Assembly: GCA_951406725.2 (NCBI GenBank)
Contig: OX597824.1
Location: 36,456,001-36,520,000 of the forward strand
DNA length: 64,000 nt
Source of the DNA: Octopus vulgaris
Taxonomy: Eukaryota
Direction: 5' to 3'
Shown: positions 41,394-51,385 of the stretch, one piece after another
Numbering within the stretch: the first letter of the stretch is position 1
How the letters are laid out: every line of letters begins with the position of its first letter
The notes under the pieces: generated by a model
The model's input: the letters and a program-made list of their open reading frames with translations, nothing else
The model's database searches: none
What the model was told of the DNA's origin: nothing
Position numbers and translations under genes: made by a program

Positions 41394-44300
41394 CATTCTG
41401 TTAGAACTGCTGTCATGTTTAGAGGTGTAAATCCATTGTTGAGTTAAAAAAAACAACTTAGTGATTAGTTAGTTATGATTCAAGAAAATAAGTCCCCGAC
41501 TGAAATAAAGAATGCCGTCACTAGAATTATCTAAAACGACTGGTGGCAGTACCTTACCATTCTTCTATTGAAACCAGTACAAAGGAAACAAGAATATAGA
41601 TCCAGGAAATGAAATCCAAAATAATTCTCTTCAATCAACTCACCTCATAAAGAGCCCAGCCCTCAACAGATTGAAGACCAATTTTGTGGGCGACCTTATC
41701 CAGAATTTCGGCAGTTGTATCACAGGGCATTGCATGAACTGCTTTAGTTTTACCATCCATAAAATGTATTTTACAAACTAAAGGACTTAAACTTTGTACA
41801 CTCTGAAAAAGAAGAGACAAATAAACAAAATTAAACAAAGATATGTATTAGTAAATAAGCAAAATTCAAAACAAGTGCACACACACACGTATATAATTAT
41901 ATATTTTATATATATATATGGTTTGAATGTAGAGAAAACAAAAGACAGAGACAGGTGATGGAACAACAAGCAGGTGTAATAGCTTGATGCTTGGGAAAAA
42001 TGGAAAAGTCTTTGATGTTTTGAGCCTATGCTCTTTGACAGAAAAGGAATGGAGGGAAAAACTGGAGAGAGAGTAAAAGAAAAATGTTTCACGATTAATG
42101 GTGTGTGTGTGTGTGTGTGTGTATTTGGTTCATGTGAGACGAAAGATAGAAGATATGAGAGTTTTTATTAATCACTACAATTGTTTTGACCCATCTAGCA
42201 TTAATCCTTCATGGGTGGGATACTCAACAACTGGTTATATTATCTAATATCTAATTATATATATAACATAATGGAATTAGTAAACTTGTGTATGTATGTG
42301 TGTATACATCTTAGCACTGACATTGTTGAATGTAGAAAGATACAAAGGGACAAACAGAGTGAAAGTAAGAGGCTTCTATGAAGTAAGAAACTAAGTAAGA
42401 GTGGGAGTCAATCCTCCCTCACTTTCTCTGTGTCTCTTTCTACGAAGGGAATCCATGGAATTTGCACAGGTTTTGTTAGTGTACGTGTGTGTGTGCATGT
42501 CCATTAGTCAATACTTTTTACAAAAGCAACAAATCAAACATTTACAAAAGTAAGTATATTGTTATTTGCTATCTTACTGAGATGTTGGAATTAAAGTTAT
42601 TTCCAGATATAAAGCTGAAATCTGATTTCAGTTTTTAAAATTTCCATATTCTTATGAAAAAAAAAAGTTTTTTACAAATTATCTCCCTTCCACTGCTCTC
42701 TAAAACTTGAATAAATTCATTAATGCTTGATGTTTCTAATTGAAAGATTTTCTCTGGATTAATGCAGTAGTAAAGGAAACACTAGAAGGTTGATGGACAT
42801 GATTGAACTACTACTAATTGTGGTTTTATGTATGTTTATAGGTATGAACCAGTGCTAGGGATCTCAGTGTAGTAACCATATGTCCACTTTTTCATGCTTA
42901 CATGTGTTAGACAGAGTTCATTGAGCCAGATTTTTGTATGACTGGATGCCTTCCAGTTGCATACACATCTATATATATATTCACACATGCATATATATAT
43001 ATGAGAGAGAGAGAGGGAGAGGACAGCTATGTAAAGAAGTGCCATGTCATCAATAAATTTCAAGGTCAAATTCATTGATAAATTGTTGGATTGACCCAAG
43101 TGGATTCTGTCTTTTTACTGGATCAATTTTATGTCACCACTTCAACAACTGGAGACATTAATGTTCCTTTCAGCATCACAAGACAAAACAGAAAATATTG
43201 AATTGCATATGTGACCAATAAAATGTTGCTGACTGTATTGGATGGTCTCTTCAGGATCGATATCAGCTTGAAGACGAAAGAAATTTTCCACCAGGATTCC
43301 ATCTGAAAGATTACCACCTTTCCCTGCATTAACACAGGTGAGACAAGATCAAGTCAGTCCACTAATTCAGCTACCTGGTGCATAGTGCACCATCACATCA
43401 GAGACTAAAATAAACAATGGGGTTAATAACAGACTAGTAGAAGAAACCAGATCATTTGGTAAACATTTGGTCCAAAAGAATCTGGAACTGAAACATCTCA
43501 GGAAGTGTATAAAGATCTGGAAAAAAAAAGACACAAAGGTGTAGAACTGACTGGTTCTTTTACAGCTCTCGAGTCATTTGTCACCTTCTATCATCATTTA
43601 TGACTCCTTGGGTATTTCCACCATCAACAAGAACTGCTAGGGTAAGCTTGTTACCAACTCTGAAGTCTTTAAACAGGCGAAAGTCAACAGTGTCAAGGCC
43701 ATGTCATTAACCCTTTCATTTCTGTATTTATTTTGAGATGCTGTGTTTCTTTCAATTACTTTAAATATAGCAAAAAATTTCATAAAATAACTTAGTTATC
43801 ATTTAGCTAGTGTTAGGAATATAAATTGTGACTAAGGTTTGGTGAAAGATTTTAATTCAAAACTTATGAAAACAAGACATTTGTACTCAGAGCCAGAGCC
43901 GGGTTGGTAACGAAAGGGTTAAAGTTGGAACTGTGTTAGATAGGGCAAGTTTCTATGATGGACATTCAATGACTGTCGTATGATAAACTCTCTGCTAGCG
44001 ACTATGACAGACAGGCTTCAAAATAAAAGTTATAAAGATGCCATGAAGGAATATTTTAATACTACTGCATTGTTATTTGGCTTGTGCATGAAGAGAATGA
44101 TAAGATGTATTCGTATCTGCTTAAAGTTCCAAAGGAAATGTTGGCAAAACTCTTGTTGAACCATTTTAAACATATTCTAGGTTTCCTAATCCTTGATGTA
44201 GTTGTACATAAACATATATATTGTTTTATCAAGTGGCTTACAATTGTACAGTATGCAAGTGGGCTTAGTAAGTATGATTAAGTTCTGATTTGTATTTTAT

Positions 44301-44755
44301 ATAAATAGTGACTGCTATAAGTTCACTTCATATGCTAATGTATGAAGGGAGACTTCTGTGTGTGAAGAAGATAGTAACATGTATTTATAACTGTTCCAAT
44401 TTTAACACCAAAGGCTTTTAAAAATACTCTAGTTTAAGTCATATGTATACAAACACAAGTTTGTTTTTGAAGCATTGAAATATATTGCAGAACAAGTAGA
44501 AAGATAGATTTTTTTCAGCATGTAAATACTGAGCCGTATATATAAAGGATAAAATCCTTTTAAGAGCAAAAAATTTGTCAGCAAATTTTTTCTGCTCTTA
44601 AAAAGATTTTATCCTTTATATATACTGCTCAGTATTTACATGCTGAAAAAATTCATCTTTCGGCTTGTTCTACTCTAGTTTAACTTTAAATTGTTCTTTC
44701 TGCCTCTCTCTCCCCTTCTCTTTCTCCCCTCTCCCTCCTCTTCCTTCTATCTATC

Positions 44756-44822
<67 letters not shown>

Positions 44823-44943
44823 TTATCTATCTATCTAGACTTTACCTCTGACAGTTGTATATTGAAAGCACAGCTGCTAGAATTACATTAGAGTAGGTAA
44901 AATTCAAAGAGCTATTACCTCCGTAGATGGGGTGGGGTGGGGA

Positions 44944-44991
<48 letters not shown>

Positions 44992-45367
44992 CAAAGGGTA
45001 AGTTTTATGATGCATGTGTACAAACTGGGATGCTGCATTGTTGTGAGATGAGCACACTGAATGCAGAGGATGTTGAAGGTTGGAGAGGATTGTAGAGAGC
45101 ATGTTCTCCTGGATGTATAATTTTAGTGTGTATAAACAATGAGACATAGATGAGATGAGAGAAGAACTAGGCAAAAGAGAAATCAAATGTAAAGTAACAA
45201 GAGTAGTTGTAGGAGCGGCTGTGTGGTAAGTAGCTTGCTTATGAACCACATGGTTCCAGGTTCAGTCCCACTGTGTAGCACCTTGGGCAAATGTCTTCTA
45301 CTATAGCATCAGGCCGACCAAAGCCTTGTGAGTTGATTTAGTAGACGGAAACTGAAAGAAACCCGTC

Positions 45368-45410
<43 letters not shown>

Positions 45411-47338
45411 GCCTGGGCAAAGTTTAGGGAGCTCTTACCTCTGCTGGTGACTAAAGGCCTCTCGCTCAGAGTAAAAGGCAGACTGTATGATGCGTGTGTA
45501 CGAACAGCCATGCTACATGGCAGTGAAACATGGGCCGTGACTGCCGAGGACATGCGTAAGCTCGTGAGGAATGAAGCCAGTATGCTCCGATGGATGTGTA
45601 ATGTCAGTGTACATACTCGACAGAGCGTTAGCACCTTGAGAGAAATGTTGTACCTAAGAGGCATCAGTTGTGGTGTGCAAGAGAGACGATTGCGCTGGTA
45701 TGGTCATGTGGCGAGAATGGATGAAGATAGGTGTGTGAGAAAGTGCCAATCCTTAGCAGTTGAGGGAACCCGTGGAAGAGGTAGACCCAGGAAAACCTGG
45801 GACGAGGTGGTGAAGCACGACCTTCGAACTTTAGGCCTCACTGAGGAAATGACCAGCGACTGAGACCTTTGGAAATATTCTGTACGTGAGAAGACCAGGC
45901 AGGACAAGTGAGCCCAGCCCACTTATGAATGCCTTTCCTCCCTTGGACACAAAGACCTGTTGAGGCAAGCGAAGTCGATATAGAACCTCATCCGACGACA
46001 GGCACCCATGCCAACCCCCTTTGCTTGCGAAGACATGTTGGGGCAAGCGAAATCGAAATCGAATTGAACCAGCCAGGATCCCTGGTCTGGTGGTATGTAA
46101 AAAGCACTATCTGACTCGTGGCCGATGCCAGCGCCGCCTCCACTGGCTTCCGTGCCGGTGGCACGTAAAATACACCAATCTGACCGTACGACAGGCACCC
46201 ATGCCAACCCCCTTGCTTGCGAAGACATGTTGGGGCAAGCGAAATCAAATTGAACCAGCCAGGATCCCTGGTCTGGTGGTACGTAAAAAGCACTATCCGA
46301 CTCGTGGCCGATGCCTCCACTGGCTTCTGTGCCGGTAGCACGTAAAATACACCAATCTGACCGTACGACAGGCACCCATGCCAACCCCCTTGCTTGCGAA
46401 GACATGTTGGGGCAAGCGAAATCGAAATCAAAATCGAATTGAACCAGCCAGGATCCCTGGTCTGGTGGTACGTAAAAAGCACTATCCAACACGTGGCCGA
46501 TGCCAGCGCCGCCTCCACTGGCTTCCGTGCCGGTGGCACGTAAAATACACCAATCTGACTGTACGACAGGCACCATGCCAACCCCCTTGCTTGCGAAGAC
46601 ATGTTGGGGCAAGCGAAATCAAATTGAACCAGCCAGGATCCCTGGTCTGGTGGTACGTAAAAAGCACTATCCGACTCGTGGCCGATGCCTCCACTGGCTT
46701 CTGTGCCGGTGGCACGTAAAATACACCAATCTGACCGTACGACAGGCACCCATGCCAACCCCCTTGCTTGCGAAGACATGTTGGGGCAAGCGAAAGCGAA
46801 ATCGAAATCGAATTGAACCAGCCAGGATCCCTGGTCTGGTGGTACGTAAAAAGCACTATCCGACTCATGGCCGATGCCAGCGCCACCTCCAGTGGCTTCC
46901 GTGCCGGTGGCACGTAAAATACACCAATCTGACCGTACGACAGGCACCCATGCCAACCCCATTGCTTGCGAAGACATGTTGGGGAAATCGAAATCGAATT
47001 GAACCAGCCAGAATCCCTGGTCTGGTGGTACGTAAAAAGCACTATCCGACTCGTGGCCGATGCCAGCACCCCCTCGTTTGGCTTCCGTGCAGGTGGCACA
47101 TAAAATACACCAATCCGACTGTGGCCGTTGCCAGCCTCGCCTGGCACCTGTGCAGGTGGCACGTGAAAAGCACCCACTACACTCACGGAGTGGTTGGCGT
47201 TAGGAAGGGCATCCAGCTGTAGAAACACTGCCAGATAAGACTGGAGCCTGGTGCAGCCTTCTGGCTTTCCAGATCCCCGGTCGAACCGTCCAACCCATGC
47301 TAGCATGGAGAACGGACGTTAAACGATGATGATGATGA

Positions 47339-47400
<62 letters not shown>

Positions 47401-47792
47401 GTGTGTATATGTTTGTGTGTCTGTGTTTGTCTCGCCAACATCGCTTGACATGCTGGTGTGTTTACGTCCCCGTAACTTAGTGGTTCGGCAAAAGAGACTG
47501 ATAGAATAAGTACACTAGCCTTACAAAGAATTAGTCCTGAGGTCGATTTGCTTGACTAAAGGCTGTGCTCCAGCATGGCCACAGTCACATGATGAAACAA
47601 GTAAAAGAGTAAAAGTGATAGGTGCCATGCTGGTATGGACACGTAATGTGTATGGGTAATAACTGATGGGTGAAGAAATGGTAGGGGATTGATGTAGAAA
47701 GAGTGACTGGAAGAGGGAAACCAAAGAATACATGGGCAGAGTGGTGAAAGCCAATCAAGGGAAACGAACCTTACAAAAGAGATGACAAGGAA

Positions 47793-47847
<55 letters not shown>

Positions 47848-49036
47848 AGAGAGCAAGTTCACAAAGTGAGAAGTTAAAATCAAGAGACCACATATGGGCA
47901 AAGAAAATAGTACTATTTTAAGATAAATATTTTTATATATATTACTATTACTGTTGAGGCAGTGAGCTGACAGAATCATTAGCATGCCAGGTGAACTGCT
48001 TAGCAACATTTTATTCATTGCTGAGTTCAAATTCTGCAGAGGTTGCTTTTGCCTCTCATCCTTTCAATTTACACCTTCCCTTGAAATTGCTGGCCTTGTA
48101 CCAAAATTTGAAATCGCGTGCCGGTGGCACGTAAAATACACCAATCCGACCGTGGCCGTTGCCAGCCTCGCCTGGCACCTGTGCAGGTGGCACGTAAAGA
48201 GCACCCACTACACTCGTGAAGTGGTTGGCGTTAGGAAGGGCATCCAGCTGTAGAACCATTGCCAGGTAAGACTGGAGCCTGGTGCAGCCTTCTGGCTTCC
48301 CAGATCCCCGGTCGAACCGTCCAACCCATGCTAGCATGGAGAACGGACGTTAAACGATGATGATGATGATTGCTATTACTGTTATATTTTAAGATATAAG
48401 TACTTTTTTTTTTGTCTTGCAAGTACTTGTTGACCCTGTTAGTGCAGGTGCCACTTAAAAGCACCCAGTCCACATTGTAAAGTGGTTGGTGTTCGGAAGG
48501 GCATCCAGCTGTAAAAACCTTGCCAAAACTGACCTCACCTTTGCTTGTGCCACATAAAAAGCACTGCTCACCTTGCCTGTGCTTGTGTCACATAAAAAGT
48601 ACGAAGTCAACTCTGCTGAGTAGTTAGTGTTAGGAAGGGCATCCAGCTATAAAAATCCCACTAAAATAGTCACAGAAGTGTGGTGCAGGCTTCGGCCTGA
48701 TTGGCTCTTGTGGTACCATCCCACCCATGCTAGCATGGAAGACGGATGTTGAATAATGATGATGATGATGAAGAACAAGAACATTAAAACTATTGGCAGT
48801 TTCAAAACCATTGTTTTCTTCAGGCTTATATATCCCTTGTAGAATACTGGATTAGAAACTGAAAAATGAATGATTTGATGCTTTACTCAAACTGACGGCT
48901 TGAGGAACAACTATATTAGCATGGTTTTTAAACTGGTCAGTAGCTTTAATGCCTGAATCTTTTAATATATATTTTAAAGTTAAATTGAAAATAATAATAT
49001 TGATGATGATGATGATGATGATGAATGATAATGATG

Positions 49037-49083
<47 letters not shown>

Positions 49084-49296
49084 TCAACTTATGGTACAAG
49101 GCCAGCAAGTTCAGGGGAGGGGGTAAGTTGATTACATCAACCTCAGTGTTCAACTGGTATCATTTTTTTGACCCTGAAAGTTGACCTTGGTGGAATTTAA
49201 ACCCAGAACATAAAGACAGATGAAATGCCACTAAACATTTTGTCCGGCATGCTAACCATTCTGCCTCCTCACCACCTCAATAATAATAATAATAAC

Positions 49297-49328
<32 letters not shown>

Positions 49329-49453
49329 CAACAACAACAACAACAAAAACTCTAATCTGGTGTGATTATTTCAATGGTCTATCAATGAATAAAGTGAGTT
49401 TCTTTGCCCTAAATGTCAAGAAGATGGAAACAAAATTGAAAGAAGAAAATCGC

Positions 49454-49493
<40 letters not shown>

Positions 49494-51327
49494 CACACAC
49501 ACATATATGCATGCATATGTATTAGAGGAAACTTTCCATAAGATTCCACAAATAACCTAAATACACTCCTGGACAAAAGATGAAATTTATTATTTTTCTT
49601 ATAACTAATTATCAATTAGATATTTGCAAGTAACGAAGTTAATTCATTTCTGCTATATGTCAGTCACCAGTATGTTTTGCACTGATCAAGATGAAGAGGC
49701 TCACTCATTGGCTACAGATCTGCTACTCAGGTGCGAGTTAATGCTGACAATGATGATGATGTATTATGATGGAATGTAAAGGCATGTGGCCTGGTGATTA
49801 AGTCTGTTGCACTCAAGATCATAAGATTGTGATTTCAATTCCCAGGTGGGCTGTGCATTGTGTTCTTGAGCAAAACACCTCATTTCACATTGCTCTGGTT
49901 CATTCAGCTATAAATGGGTAACCCCATGATGGGCTGTCCTTCCAATTAGGGGAGATGTTCACCTGGTCAGCCAGCCAGTGAGGCAGTATCATTCAGAAGC
50001 TAAAACAATGCAAAGTGCATTGTGACCAGTGACATATAGCAACACCCAATAGTCTGGTCAATTATGAGATCACATGATTATGACAAAAAATAATTTTTGA
50101 ATTTCAACTTCAACTTCATATCGAATTTACTCTAGAATCAGCTCTTCCTGAAGATGTCAACTCAGCTAATACTGTAGGGACAGTCAAGAAAAGCAGAGAT
50201 AAATCATTTGGAAGATTAATCAGACTTTGTGGCACAACTCTTCAAACTGGTCACAAGCCAGCATCTTTATGTTATGTTGCATCCTTATTTACATCTAGCA
50301 GTTCCATACAAGCACAAATGCCAGCAACAGTAAAATGCAGCACCAAGACAATGAGATATTGATTGCAGAATGACTTCAATTTAGTTGCAAGGCATCCAGC
50401 AAAGTTTACATTGAAAAAAAAAACCAAAAAAAAAAAAAACCATCTGGATCATCTGCAATTATGCTGGGATCTAATTAGAGTTAGCTTAAAGTCTGTTTCG
50501 TGACAAATGATTTATTAAGCAATTAGCTTCTATGGTTTCTGTCATCTGTCATCCATTAACCCTTTCATTACCAAATTTCTCTTGAAACACATTGCCTTGT
50601 CTTGTTTCAGTTAATTTCGAAAAGAATGAAGTATTTAGTAAAATAACCTTGTCGTTATTAAATTGTGGTCTGGAACATAAATTACCAAGGAATTCTGATG
50701 GAAGGTTTTAATTTGGATAACTTTAAAACAAGTTTACATCATACAGCCAGGGCAGCCTTGGGCAGGCTGTTATTAAAAGGATTAAACTCAGAATGCAATC
50801 CAAAATAAAATTTGCAGGAGTTAATTAATGATCACCCAATGTGATAAATAGGATATTTCTGCCAGGGAAAGAGCAACAATTTACATTATAACCAAAACTA
50901 CAACCATACACTCAACAAGAATTTACCTAATCATATAATGATCAATAATCTCACTATATCCCTACAGGAAAGTGCACCCTTCCATTCTGAAAAATGTATA
51001 AAGGAGCTGGCTTAAATCTAATGCATTAAATGGTCAGGATCATCTCCAACCTGAATCCTATAGAAAATGTATAGAATTATATGAGAAAGAATATAGCAGC
51101 TTATAATGCCTCATCAATTTCAAAATTTAAAAAGAAAAGCTACTACAAGTTTGGATAGAAGAGATAATCCCAGAATGCTGTCAAAATTTGGTTGAAAACG
51201 TACCTAACTATATTGTCATTGTACGTTGATAGTTATACTTTTTTGAGCTGTTTTAGTTTATCATAAAAATCATACCTTAATTTTTCATCTCTGTCATCAA
51301 TTATAGTTTTTTCCAGTGTTTTGACCA

Positions 51328-51385
<58 letters not shown>

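Noticed and set aside
42172-42220. Possible decayed hammerhead (aaaac-aauu-GUA on the minus strand)
   Set aside because: Both core segments are altered; not supportable
45995-47120. CRISPR-like or ribozyme-array interpretation of the tandem repeat
   Set aside because: No unique spacers, eukaryotic context, and no CUGANGA/GAAA core found in the unit on either strand
45923-47306. Long overlapping ORFs (229-329 aa) on both strands
   Set aside because: By-products of the GC-rich tandem array in the LINE 3' UTR; repetitive translation with no domain signature
48787-48827. Minus-strand hammerhead-like string aagc-CUGAAGA-aaac-aaug-guuu-u-GAAAC-ugcca-AUA-guuu
   Set aside because: Weak A/U stems and a broken stem III pair; may be chance in AT-rich DNA, so not listed as a feature
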